A DNA stretch of 64,000 nt, from positions 1,636-65,635 of the forward strand of contig CAZMYR010000006.1 in the NCBI GenBank assembly GCA_964570585.1. Direction: 5' to 3'. Position numbers and translations under genes: made by a program. Numbering within the stretch: position 1 is the stretch's first letter; each line of letters starts with the position of its first letter. The notes beneath the pieces were generated by a model. That model ran no database searches. It had not been told where the DNA came from and was given only the letters and a program-made list of their open reading frames with translations. The DNA comes from an uncultured Planctomycetia bacterium. GTDB lineage: Bacteria; Omnitrophota; Gorgyraeia; JABMRG01; JAFGKX01. Positions 8,536 through 17,380 of the stretch are shown piece by piece.

Positions 8536-9000
8536 TTATGCCTTGGGTTTAATCTTCTCCACTATCAGTGGATAGCGAACCTTTAATTCCCCATCTAGCA
8601 ATACCTCAACTGAATACTCGCCTGGAGCGCGAAACAGTATATTGTTGAATCTAGCAACTATTCTATGCTTTGTCCGTAAATCGTTTAACTTAAAACTTGT
8701 CTTTTCATCTTCGATTAGTTTAACGCCTTCAGGCGTTATTATCCTGGTCCGCTGGGTAAATTCGCCCATTCCGCTGCACCAACAATTCATGACATAAAGC
8801 TTTGCATGGCGCACCGGGAAATTAACCGCTCCAATAGTTTCGAACAGACCGATAAGTATAAATTTTCCGTTATCCTCGCGCCTTACGTCATCGCATAGAA
8901 CAGAAAAAAGTAAGGTAGGTTCTATCTTTTCGCTTTCTTCAATCATAATGTCCCTCCATGTTATTATGGGGATTGTAGCATAGTAGCCACCTATTCGCAA
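8536..9000 (-). CDS. Hypothetical protein; probable true start ATG at 8946 preceded by GGAGGG (136 aa)
   Basis: The ORF-track start is TTG inside the family-D repeat. The internal ATG (MIEESEKIEP...) follows tggagggacatt. Product is beta-rich with no known motif. Confidence 0.3.
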   Translation of the reverse strand: MRIGGYYATIPIITWRDIMIEESEKIEPTLLFSVLCDDVRREDNGKFILIGLFETIGAVNFPVRHAKLYVMNCWCSGMGEFTQRTRIITPEGVKLIEDEKTSFKLNDLRTKHRIVARFNNILFRAPGEYSVEVLLDGELKVRYPLIVEKIKPKA

Positions 9001-9136
9001 CTGGAATTTTTGCTCAGCAACCGCCTATTCGCAGCACGCATTTTTTCGCCAAAACCAATCCCTCAAGCGAAGAGCATTGCAAACAAGATAAATTTCTGCA
9101 TACATTGCCGAAGCGACTCCTCAACAAGAGCGAACA
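8994..9136. repeat. Family-D intergenic repeat locus (blocks tgctcagcaaccgcctattcgcagcacgcatttttt and cctcaagcgaag)
   Basis: The 36-nt block at 9011-9046 recurs inverted at 56221-56257 with 2 mismatches. The cctcaagcgaag block (9061-9072) recurs at 56042-56053. cctattcgca is duplicated locally. Confidence 0.65.
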
Positions 9137-9265
9137 ATGCTCGAGCTCACGACAAGCGGAGGCAGGTACACAAAACCTAACAAGAGCGTCCCTGCGAAAA
9201 TTGCCACAGGCCTGAGCAAAATTCCCTTTACAAATCCCATTTCTAGGTGTATATATAAAATTGGT

Positions 9266-10084
9266 ATGTATACCGAATTCTACGGCCTGAAAGAAAACCC
9301 TTTTAATGTAACCAGCGACCCGAACTATCTATTTATGAGCAGGCACCATAAGGAGGCCTACTCACATCTTATTTACGGGATAAAAGAGCGAAAAGGTTTT
9401 GTTGAAATCACCGGTGAGATTGGAACAGGGAAAACTACTCTTTGCCGGGCCCTGCTAAGAAAAATAAGCCATAAGATTAAAACAGCTTTAATATTAAATC
9501 CTGCCCTTTCAGAGTTTCAACTGTTGCAGTCTATACTTGAGGATTTAGGCCTTCAAGCAGAGGGAAAAAACAAGTTTAACTTATTAAAAACACTCAATAA
9601 TTACCTAATCAATGAATTGGCTCATAGGCATAATGTGGTACTTATAATTGATGAAGCCCAAAATCTTAGAGGAAAATTACTAGAACATATCAGGTTGCTT
9701 TCAAATTTAGAAACGGAAAAGGAAAAATTAATACAAATAGTACTTGTTGGCCAGCCGGAACTTAAAAAGAAATTGGCGCGCGATGATCTCACCCAGTTGC
9801 GTCAGAGAATAGCGGTAAGATATCATATCCTGCCATTGGATAAAGGCGAAATAAAAGCTTATATCTATCACAGGCTTAAAATAGCCGGCTGTTCTAAAGA
9901 CATAACTTTTACAGACAGCGCCATTGACCAATTATATTTATATACATCAGGCACGCCGCGGTTAATAAATATTGTCTGCGACAAAGTATTACTCAGCGGT
10001 TTTGTGCAGGGAACGACATCTTTTGGGGAAGATATTATAAATAGGGTGATAGACGAAATAGAAGGAAAAATCGCTGTAAAATGA
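9266..10084 (+). CDS. ExeA/GspA/MshM-family AAA ATPase (secretion/pilus biogenesis accessory)
   Basis: MYTEFYGLKENPF...GEIGTGKTTLCRALL...IIDEAQNL. Start ATG at 9266, chosen to exclude the upstream repeat; the ORF track extends to 9137. Confidence 0.7.
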   Translation: MYTEFYGLKENPFNVTSDPNYLFMSRHHKEAYSHLIYGIKERKGFVEITGEIGTGKTTLCRALLRKISHKIKTALILNPALSEFQLLQSILEDLGLQAEGKNKFNLLKTLNNYLINELAHRHNVVLIIDEAQNLRGKLLEHIRLLSNLETEKEKLIQIVLVGQPELKKKLARDDLTQLRQRIAVRYHILPLDKGEIKAYIYHRLKIAGCSKDITFTDSAIDQLYLYTSGTPRLINIVCDKVLLSGFVQGTTSFGEDIINRVIDEIEGKIAVK

Positions 10085-10602
10085 GTATAATCCATGAGGC
10101 CCTAAAAAAAGCTGCTCGCATAAAAAAAGGAACTAAAACCCCCGATGCGCAAAAGGAAAGTCAAACCCTTGATTCAGATAATAAAATTACCGAAATAAAC
10201 CTGGAAACTCAACCTGCTCCTTTAAAAAAACCGAAAAAAAGACAAGCTGCTTTAATCTTACCGATTACTATAGGTTTAATGGCGATTTTAATTACAGCTG
10301 CTATATTTTTATTAAATAATTATCTCTTACGTAAAAGACCGGGGGTAGAAACTGCTAGTCTAAATCAAATTCCCAAGGAAAAAATCCAGCCGCTATTAAC
10401 AAATAAACCTATCCAGAAACGGGGTTCTTTAGACTCATTTGTATTAACCGGCATAGTTTACGATAAAGAACCAATGGCAGTAATAAATGGCTCTGTTTAT
10501 GCAGAAGGAGAATATGTCAGTGGAGCCAGGATTACAGAAATATCCAAACAGAGGGTCTTGATAGAAAAAGAAGGTAAGCAAATAGAGCTGAAGGTAAAAT
10601 GA
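10081..10602 (+). CDS. GspB-like accessory protein (N-terminal cytoplasmic part, one TM, conserved C-terminal beta domain)
   Basis: TM ILPITIGLMAILITAAIFLL; C-terminal SFVLTGIVYDKEPMAVINGSVYAEGEYVSGARITEISKQRVLIEKEGKQIELKV resembles GspB/ExeB C-termini. Start overlaps the ExeA stop (ATGA). Confidence 0.4.
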   Translation: MSIIHEALKKAARIKKGTKTPDAQKESQTLDSDNKITEINLETQPAPLKKPKKRQAALILPITIGLMAILITAAIFLLNNYLLRKRPGVETASLNQIPKEKIQPLLTNKPIQKRGSLDSFVLTGIVYDKEPMAVINGSVYAEGEYVSGARITEISKQRVLIEKEGKQIELKVK

Positions 10603-10606
10603 CGAT

Positions 10607-10683
10607 AAATCCGAATTTCGAATATCAAAATCCGAAACAAATTCGAATTTCGAAATTGTTTCGTGTTCCGGATTTCGGATTTA
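10607..10683. repeat. Word-palindrome hairpin (CCGAAT/TTCGAA words) between convergent genes
   Basis: aaatccgaatttcgaatatcaaaatccgaaacaaattcgaatttcgaaattgtttcgtgttccggatttcggattt. Confidence 0.7.
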
Positions 10684-10700
10684 GGGTGGGCGTTTTTACT

Positions 10701-12185
10701 TTATCTCTTCAGCGTCTTAAGGAACGCCTCTACTACTCTTGGGTCAAACTGGCTACCGGCATTCCTTTTAAGTTCTTTCACTGCTTCTTCACAGGAAAGC
10801 GCTTTACGATAAGGCCGTTCAGAAGTCATAGCATCAAAAGCATCTGCAACGCCTATTATTCTCGCCTCAAGAGGAATAGACTCGCCTTTTAAACCGGCAA
10901 TATATCCTTTTCCGTCATAACGTTCATGTTCATGATAGACACCCGGAAGAATATCTTTAAGCTGTGGGATTGGCTTAAGAATATCTATGGCTACCTTAGG
11001 ATGTTTTTTTACTATTTCATATTCTTTCCTGGTAAGCCTGGCGGGTTTTTCTAATATTTTATCAGGAATGCCAATCTTGCCAATATCATGAAGCAAGCTG
11101 GCCCGGCGAATTATATCAACCTCATACCTTGCCAGTTTCATTTCTTTGGCGATTGATACCGCGTATCGTGCTACCTTCCGAGAATGTCCATGGGTATAGT
11201 GGTCTCTTGCATCTAAGGCGGCTGCCAAGGCAAAGATAGTCCCGATGTACAGGCCCTCTGTTTCTAAAACTAATTGGTAACTTCTTATAGAAGTGGCGGC
11301 CTCATATGCCAGTATAGATAAAAGCTCAACATCTTCTTTGTCAAAGAGATTTTTACCGGGATATTTTCCCAGGTTAAGCACCCCCAGAACCTCAGAGTCT
11401 TCTGTAGCTATGGGAATGGTAATAGCCGAAACAACGCTCAATCCTTTCAGAGAGCGCCTTATATCCCCGCTAATCTTGTCGCCTTCATTGATAATAATCG
11501 GCTTATTAGTCATGGCAACTTTACCTGCTATACCTTTGCCTATCCGCTCTTCTGCTTCTTCTACAATATCTTCAGGTATGCCCACAGACGCATTAATTTT
11601 AAGCACCCCCTGTTTATCTGCTAACATAACCGATGCTCTATCGGCATTACTTTCTTTAAGGGCAGTATCTATCACTATATCTAACAATCTGTTTAAATCT
11701 CTTGCAACGACTAATTTTCTTCCTGATTTGACCAGAGTGTGCAGTCGCTTGAAATCCCTTTTTCTGTGAACATTGCTGATATGGAGAATATTCACATCAA
11801 TTGCGCCAGTTACTAAATACAACATTTTTCGCAATTTCTCAAGGTCTTGTTTATATTTTGATAATAAAAATTCAGCAATGATCTTTCGCAGCAGCATCTG
11901 CCCATGTATAATATCTTCCGCAGTATTTATACTTAGATAACCTTCTCGTATAAGTGAAGATAAACACCTCAAGGACCTTGTATCGTGCCGATTTTGAAGA
12001 TATGCAGCAAAAAGCTTAAAGAACCTGCTCATACCCTTCCTATGCCTTTCAACAGACACGACCGCTCTGTGCTTTCTGTGTCCCGGCACTTTCATTATTT
12101 GTGATGCCCACTTTGAAACTATATTATCTTTATTTAGGATAAGCTGCTCAGTTAACTCTTCTTTTATTTTTCTATCGGCATTCAT
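10701..12185 (-). CDS. GAF-domain HD-GYP c-di-GMP phosphodiesterase
   Basis: HD motif LLHDIGKIGIPD and HHERYDGKGY (HD-GYP signature); the upstream half is GAF-like. Confidence 0.8.
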   Translation of the reverse strand: MNADRKIKEELTEQLILNKDNIVSKWASQIMKVPGHRKHRAVVSVERHRKGMSRFFKLFAAYLQNRHDTRSLRCLSSLIREGYLSINTAEDIIHGQMLLRKIIAEFLLSKYKQDLEKLRKMLYLVTGAIDVNILHISNVHRKRDFKRLHTLVKSGRKLVVARDLNRLLDIVIDTALKESNADRASVMLADKQGVLKINASVGIPEDIVEEAEERIGKGIAGKVAMTNKPIIINEGDKISGDIRRSLKGLSVVSAITIPIATEDSEVLGVLNLGKYPGKNLFDKEDVELLSILAYEAATSIRSYQLVLETEGLYIGTIFALAAALDARDHYTHGHSRKVARYAVSIAKEMKLARYEVDIIRRASLLHDIGKIGIPDKILEKPARLTRKEYEIVKKHPKVAIDILKPIPQLKDILPGVYHEHERYDGKGYIAGLKGESIPLEARIIGVADAFDAMTSERPYRKALSCEEAVKELKRNAGSQFDPRVVEAFLKTLKR

Positions 12186-12188
12186 TGT

Positions 12189-12650
12189 TTATCTAATTTT
12201 ATAAATCAGATTTATTATTTGTATATCATCAAAAGGGCATCTATCCTTTTCTCCGAACCCCTTCTTTTTACATAAAAGTTCTACTACCGGTTTCATTCTT
12301 GATGTAGCCCTGAAGTTCACATGACTATATCCGTTCATTTTGCAAAAATCTAAGGCGGTATCGACCAGCATAGAGCCGACCCCGCGTTCCCTATGGCTAG
12401 GGTGAACGAAAAGTCTCCTTAATAAAGCTTTCCTTTTGCTATCCTCTTTAACCCCGACCGTGCCCACAATGGCTGAACCTTCTACAGCCACTAAGAATTT
12501 CTCTCTTAATTTTCCATAAGCTTTTGCTATAGAATCTAAATCTCCATACTGATAAGCCCTTTGCTCGCTTTCGTATTCTTTAGCCATTATAGAACTGATT
12601 AGTTCTTTTACAGCCGGGTTATCCTTCTTTTTGAAGGACCTGATATACAT
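12189..12650 (-). CDS. GNAT-family N-acetyltransferase
   Basis: RRLFVHPSHRERGVGSMLVDTALDFCKMNGYSHV (acetyl-CoA-binding motif A). Confidence 0.6.
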   Translation of the reverse strand: MYIRSFKKKDNPAVKELISSIMAKEYESEQRAYQYGDLDSIAKAYGKLREKFLVAVEGSAIVGTVGVKEDSKRKALLRRLFVHPSHRERGVGSMLVDTALDFCKMNGYSHVNFRATSRMKPVVELLCKKKGFGEKDRCPFDDIQIINLIYKIR

Positions 12651-12697
12651 CTTTCATTCTCCGTTTTTCATTATAATATACTATGCTAAAAAACTTG

Positions 12698-13093
12698 TCA
12701 AGCGAAGACTCGGATAAAAACATTTCTCTGTCGAGGGCCGTCGAACTCGCAAAAATAAATCCCCTGCCATGTTCCCAATTTAAGATGGCCTGACTCAATC
12801 AAGAGGTTTATCGAAGAACCTAACAAACTTGCTTTTATGTGCGCGTCCGCATTGCCTTCGGTATGGGTATAGTTAGCTCTATAAGGCACAGCTTCATTAA
12901 AATAATTTTTTATGTCTTCCCGCACTGCCGGATCGGCATTCTCATTTATGGTTATACCTGCCGTTGTATGCGGGCAGAAAACAATGCAGGTCCCCTCCTT
13001 TATATTTGCATCTCTTACGATATTCTCAATCTTGCCGGTAATATCTTTGAATTCTGTCCGGGATTTTGTACTAATAGAGAATTCCTTAATCAC
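12698..13093 (-). CDS. YjbQ/UPF0047 family protein (secondary thiamine-phosphate synthase-like), paralog 1
   Basis: HTTAGITINENADP...HIKASLLGSS...GTWQGIYFCEFDGPRQR. Confidence 0.7.
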   Translation of the reverse strand: MIKEFSISTKSRTEFKDITGKIENIVRDANIKEGTCIVFCPHTTAGITINENADPAVREDIKNYFNEAVPYRANYTHTEGNADAHIKASLLGSSINLLIESGHLKLGTWQGIYFCEFDGPRQRNVFIRVFA

Positions 13094-14178
13094 TGTTTTA
13101 TTCTTTTATCTATGGATTTTTTAATCCATCTTCTGTCGATATTGCTGCAAACCATTACGTGCCCGATAGATACCGGAAGTATAAACCTTCCTTTTCCGGC
13201 TATAATTTTTTTATCGTACAAAGTAGCATTAAGCACTTTAGAGGCTGAAATCTTAGTTATGCTTGTTGGCAAATTGGCTGCCTTTATTAATTCTTCAATT
13301 CTTCCGGCATCCTTTTTGCTTAGCACATTCAATTCTCTGGCAATATCGCAGGCGCATAACATGCCTAAAGCAATTGCCCGGCCATGGGCCATCTTTCTGG
13401 TATACGAAGCAGATGTTTCCAAAGCATGCCCTATGGTATGGCCGAAATTTAATATCGAGCGGTATCCGGAAGTTTCTTTTTCATCTATAGATACTACTTT
13501 TGCCTTAAGCCGGCTACACCTGGAAACAATATACGCAAGGCAATCCTTATTTAACCTGAGCAATTTGTTAAGATTTTTTTCAAGATAGAGGAATAAATTT
13601 TTATCCAATATAACCGCATATTTTATAATCTCGGCAATACCGTTTTTTACCTCTGTCAGCGGTAAACTCATAACAAGTTTAATATCAGATATAACCATTT
13701 CCGGCTGGTAAAAAGCCCCCACCAGATTCTTGCCAAAGGGAAGGTCAACTGCTGTCTTGCCTCCTATGGCCGAGTCTACCTGAGCAAGAAGCGTCGTTGG
13801 CACCTGCACCAATGGCACCCCCCTTTTATAACACGCTGCTACAAAACCGGATAAATCGCCAACAACACCTCCGCCAAAAGCAATGACAGCAATACCTCTT
13901 CCCTTATCAAATCTGGTTATTTTGTGTATTACTTTAACCCAGGTATCTATAGATTTGCTTCTTTCAGAGTCAGCGACTAATATAAAATTAGTCCTTATTC
14001 CCGCTGAATGTAAGCTATTGGCAAGCTTTGAGCCATAAAGGGCTTTTATTCTATTGTTGGTAATTACTAAAGCGCTATTTACATTTGGGATTGTCTTTAT
14101 GAGTTTACCGACTTTGCCTAATAGGTTAGCGCCTATAATTAAGGGGTAGCTTCTTTCACCTAAATTAACTTTTATCAT
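13090..14178 (-). CDS. aroB: 3-dehydroquinate synthase
   Basis: GGGVVGDLSGFVAACYKRGVPLVQVPTTLLAQVDSAIGGKTAVDL and the downstream His ligands. Confidence 0.85.
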   Translation of the reverse strand: MIKVNLGERSYPLIIGANLLGKVGKLIKTIPNVNSALVITNNRIKALYGSKLANSLHSAGIRTNFILVADSERSKSIDTWVKVIHKITRFDKGRGIAVIAFGGGVVGDLSGFVAACYKRGVPLVQVPTTLLAQVDSAIGGKTAVDLPFGKNLVGAFYQPEMVISDIKLVMSLPLTEVKNGIAEIIKYAVILDKNLFLYLEKNLNKLLRLNKDCLAYIVSRCSRLKAKVVSIDEKETSGYRSILNFGHTIGHALETSASYTRKMAHGRAIALGMLCACDIARELNVLSKKDAGRIEELIKAANLPTSITKISASKVLNATLYDKKIIAGKGRFILPVSIGHVMVCSNIDRRWIKKSIDKRIKQ

Positions 14179-14214
14179 ATTTCACCACCGGGTGGGAATT
14201 TGTTCGACCTTGAA

Positions 14215-14283
14215 GGGGACACTCTGCTGCACAAAAAAGATTCTGGAATATACGTACTCTTTTTTGTGCTGCAGGGTGTCCCC
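14215..14283. repeat. Family-B hairpin repeat: 25-nt arms ggggacac(t/c)ctgc(t/a)gcacaaaaaag / cttttttgtgctgcagggtgtcccc
   Basis: Arms have 2 mismatches here; identical arms with a different loop recur at 32026-32091. The related motif taagtgtcccc follows at 14289-14299. Confidence 0.75.
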
Positions 14284-14301
14284 TTTCATGTAAGTGTCCC
14301 C

Positions 14302-14931
14302 TCACCTAAATAAAAAAGAAAAATCGACACCTAAAAACATTCCCAATTTAATAACCAGAGGAAAAATTATTGCCCTTAATACGCCAAGCCATAAAAGGGC
14401 AATAATTATAATAAATCCATAAGGTTCTATACGATTATAAATGTTTACATATTTCCATGGCAACAAAGATGTAACCATTCGCGAACCATCTAACGGAGGA
14501 ATCGGTATGAGGTTAAATACCCCTAAGATTAAGTTTATGAGAACTCCTAAACTCAACAACTGAATAAACAAACCGTTCCCACTTATTATCGGCAACTTTA
14601 TAATTAAAGCAATAAAAACAGCGCTTAAAAAATTGGCGCATGGTCCGGCTATAGCGACCCATAACATATCTTTTTTGGGATTCTTTAAGTTTTGAAAATT
14701 TATCGGCACAGGTTTAGCCCAGCCGATTGGCGGCAATCTTAACATAACCATCGTTAACGGTAGAATGATTGTCCCTATCGGGTCTATGTGGGCAAGTGGA
14801 TTAAGGGATAATCTACCGGAATATTTGGCTGTTGGGTCACCGAGCTTATACGCAACCCAACCATGCGCATATTCATGTAATGTAATTGCAATAAGGAGAA
14901 TAATTAGTTGAATTATGATTACTATTATCAT
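14302..14931 (-). CDS. Site-2-protease-family integral membrane zinc metalloprotease (peptidase M50-like)
   Basis: HEYAH in the first TM region, multiple TM helices, LNPLAHIDP. Confidence 0.6.
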   Translation of the reverse strand: MIIVIIIQLIILLIAITLHEYAHGWVAYKLGDPTAKYSGRLSLNPLAHIDPIGTIILPLTMVMLRLPPIGWAKPVPINFQNLKNPKKDMLWVAIAGPCANFLSAVFIALIIKLPIISGNGLFIQLLSLGVLINLILGVFNLIPIPPLDGSRMVTSLLPWKYVNIYNRIEPYGFIIIIALLWLGVLRAIIFPLVIKLGMFLGVDFSFLFR

Positions 14932-14934
14932 TGC

Positions 14935-15255
14935 TTACATAATGGCAGTGCCGGCCGGTATCTCCCTATCAAGAGTAATTATTGAAAGTGTATCCTTAGT
15001 CGAAGCAGCCAATAGCATTGCCGAAGATTCAACTCCTCTAATAACCGCAGGCTCAAGATTACATACTACCACTATATTCCTTCCATTTAGTTCATCAGGC
15101 CCATAAAAGTTTTTTATACCGGCAACGATATCTTTTTTCTCGGTGCCCAAATCTACAGTTAGGATATATAGTTTATCTGCCTGGGGGTGGTCTTTTACAT
15201 CAACAATTTTAGCTGTTTTTAGCTCCATCTTTTTAAAATCGTCATAGGTTATCAT
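14935..15255 (-). CDS. csaA: tRNA-binding domain protein (CsaA/Trbp111, EMAP-like OB fold)
   Basis: KIVDVKDHPQADKLYILTVDLGTEKKDIVAGIKNFY...NIVVVCNLEPAVIRGVESSAMLLAA. Confidence 0.7.
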   Translation of the reverse strand: MITYDDFKKMELKTAKIVDVKDHPQADKLYILTVDLGTEKKDIVAGIKNFYGPDELNGRNIVVVCNLEPAVIRGVESSAMLLAASTKDTLSIITLDREIPAGTAIM

Positions 15256-15575
15256 TTCTTCTCCCTGCCTTTGTCCTTGCCGGTTTCTTTCCCGGGAGCG
15301 GGAGCCGCTGGCTTCTTACCTTCTTCACCAGGAGCGGCAGCCTCGCCTTCCACAGCTCCCTCAGCAGCCGCCAGTGCAGCAACCTCTTCAGACTTTTCTG
15401 CCTTTTCCTTTTTAACTTTAAACTTTAATATTTTGACTTTTGCCAATGCAAAGATTGAATCGCCTTCTTTCCACTCATCTTTTTTCATAAGGTGCAGCAA
15501 CCTCTCAAGGCGCTTTAATACGCTTCGATGCTGCTTGGACTTAGCGCTTGATTTTAAACTTGGATGTATCGACAT
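15252..15575 (-). CDS. Hypothetical basic protein with a Lys/Ala/Glu-rich low-complexity C-terminal tail
   Basis: MSIHPSLKSSAKSKQHRSVLKRLERL... then ...EEVAALAAAEGAVEGEAAAPGEEGKKPAAPAPGKETGKDKGREKK. There is a weak, unconfirmed resemblance to the ribosomal protein S20 N-terminus. Confidence 0.3.
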   Translation of the reverse strand: MSIHPSLKSSAKSKQHRSVLKRLERLLHLMKKDEWKEGDSIFALAKVKILKFKVKKEKAEKSEEVAALAAAEGAVEGEAAAPGEEGKKPAAPAPGKETGKDKGREKK

Positions 15576-15585
15576 TTTGTTTACC

Positions 15586-16122
15586 TCACTTTCGCTTTTT
15601 TACAAAACAATCCTTATACCTATCTTTCAGCTTTTTAGCAATACTTTCTGCCTTTTTTGCATTAGCAAATCCGGCTACATATACAATATAATATCTACCG
15701 CTTTTAGCAATCTCCGCTGCATATCCTCTCTTCTCAAGAAGCTCCTTTTCCTTTTCTGCCTGTTTATTATCTTTATAGGCTGCCACCTGTATAACATAAG
15801 GCGAAGAACCCCCTTTCACAATTACTGGCTCTTTAGATATCTTTTCTTCTATCGGTGTTTCTGCTTTCTTCTCAACGACGACTTTTTCTATAGCGGGTTC
15901 TCTCCTGGCTATTACTATCCGCTTACCTCTTTCAACACCAAGCGAAAAGCATATTATCAGCAAAATTACAAGCCCTATAAAAATAAAGATGAGTTGCTCA
16001 TTAGAAAGCCTGATGTTATATATCCTTTTGCCAGCACCTGGCCCCAGGATTTTTTTCCGCAATCTTACCGGTTGTGTAAACTCCTCAAAAAGCTCCTTCT
16101 GTATTTCCCGCCTTTCATGCAT
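15586..16122 (-). CDS. SPOR-domain membrane protein (peptidoglycan-binding, division-associated)
   Basis: One TM; C-terminal YVIQVAAYKDNKQAEKEKELLEKRGYAAEIAKSGRYYIVYVAGFANAKKAESIAKKL has the SPOR fold signature. Confidence 0.6.
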   Translation of the reverse strand: MHERREIQKELFEEFTQPVRLRKKILGPGAGKRIYNIRLSNEQLIFIFIGLVILLIICFSLGVERGKRIVIARREPAIEKVVVEKKAETPIEEKISKEPVIVKGGSSPYVIQVAAYKDNKQAEKEKELLEKRGYAAEIAKSGRYYIVYVAGFANAKKAESIAKKLKDRYKDCFVKKRK

Positions 16123-16260
16123 GAAAAATAATTATAACATAAAATAGTACCATTTCAAAGAAAAAAGAAAAAAGGCTGATGCGTGACCCAGAAACCGAGC
16201 ATTGGCAATTTCATACAAAAATATTGACAAAATATCAATTTTACATATAATTGAACGGAA

Positions 16261-17331
16261 ATGTCTAAACGCACTCCCCTTTACCAAGAACACAACCGCT
16301 GGGGCGCTCGTATGGCGCTCTTTGCCGGATGGAATATGCCTATTCAGTATTCGGGCATAATCGAAGAGCATCTTCACACCAGAACTAAAGCAGGGCTTTT
16401 TGACATATGCCACATGGGGGAATTCATCCTAAAAGGCGAAACCGCTAAGGGCGATGTCGATTATCTCATAACTTCTCGCACTGATGATATGGCTGTTGGA
16501 AAATGTTGTTATGGTTTTCTGCTTAATGACAAAGGCAAAATCTTAGATGACCTTATTGCTTTTAAAACCGGGGAAAATGAATTTATACTGGTTGTAAATG
16601 CCGGCACTATCGGTAAAGACAAAGAATGGATAAAATCACACCTATCCGCTGAAACACAATTTGAAGATATATCCGAAAAAACAGCTAAAATCGATTTGCA
16701 AGGACCTCTTTCAAAAGAAATCCTTTCCTCTTATACTGATGCAGCACTGGATAAAATAAAAAGATACCACTTCTTAACTGCAAATGTATGCGGCGTAAAG
16801 GCTTTGATAAGCAGGACCGGCTATACAGGCGAATTGGGCTATGAACTTTATTTTCCAAAAGAGGAAGCTGTAGGTTTGTGGAATAAGCTCCTGGAAAATA
16901 AAGATGTCCAGCCGGTAGGGCTTGGCGCGCGCGACACCCTCAGGCTCGAGATGGGATATGCGCTTTATGGGCAGGACATTGACGAAGAGCATACTCCTTT
17001 AGAGGCGAATCTGGAAAAATTTATCTATATGGAAAAAGGGTTTATAGGAAAGGCCGCCCTTATTAAACAAAAATCTGAAGGTATAAAAAATATCCTGGTT
17101 GGATTTATAGCTGAAGGCCGAAGAAGCCCAAGGCACAATTTCGATGTTGTATGCAATAACGAAATGATAGGTAAAGTAACAAGCGGGAGTTTTTCTCCTT
17201 GCCTTAAAAAGGCAATTGGTTTATGCTATGTGGATAAAGGCAAGGCCAAAGAAGGAAATAAAATAACTCTCAGCGATGGGAAGATTTCTATAGAAGCAAC
17301 CATAAAAAAACCGCCATTCTATACGAAATAG
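16261..17331 (+). CDS. gcvT: Glycine cleavage system T protein (aminomethyltransferase)
   Basis: PLYQEHNRWGARMALFAGWNMPIQY...GLFDICHMGEF...TGYTGELGYELY. Confidence 0.9.
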   Translation: MSKRTPLYQEHNRWGARMALFAGWNMPIQYSGIIEEHLHTRTKAGLFDICHMGEFILKGETAKGDVDYLITSRTDDMAVGKCCYGFLLNDKGKILDDLIAFKTGENEFILVVNAGTIGKDKEWIKSHLSAETQFEDISEKTAKIDLQGPLSKEILSSYTDAALDKIKRYHFLTANVCGVKALISRTGYTGELGYELYFPKEEAVGLWNKLLENKDVQPVGLGARDTLRLEMGYALYGQDIDEEHTPLEANLEKFIYMEKGFIGKAALIKQKSEGIKNILVGFIAEGRRSPRHNFDVVCNNEMIGKVTSGSFSPCLKKAIGLCYVDKGKAKEGNKITLSDGKISIEATIKKPPFYTK

Positions 17332-17368
17332 TCTACGAACTACGAACTCATAACTACGAACTAAATAC
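17332..17368. repeat. Three direct copies of the 9-mer CTACGAACT in the gcvT-gcvH intergenic spacer
   Basis: tctacgaactacgaactcataactacgaactaaatac, immediately before the aaggag RBS of gcvH. The same 9-mer forms a palindrome at 25517-25577. Confidence 0.7.
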
Positions 17369-17380
17369 AAGGAGTCGCAA

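Noticed and set aside
10599-10892. 97-aa plus-strand ORF
   Set aside because: Its N-terminal part is the translated word-palindrome 10607-10683 and the remainder is antisense to the well-supported HD-GYP gene.
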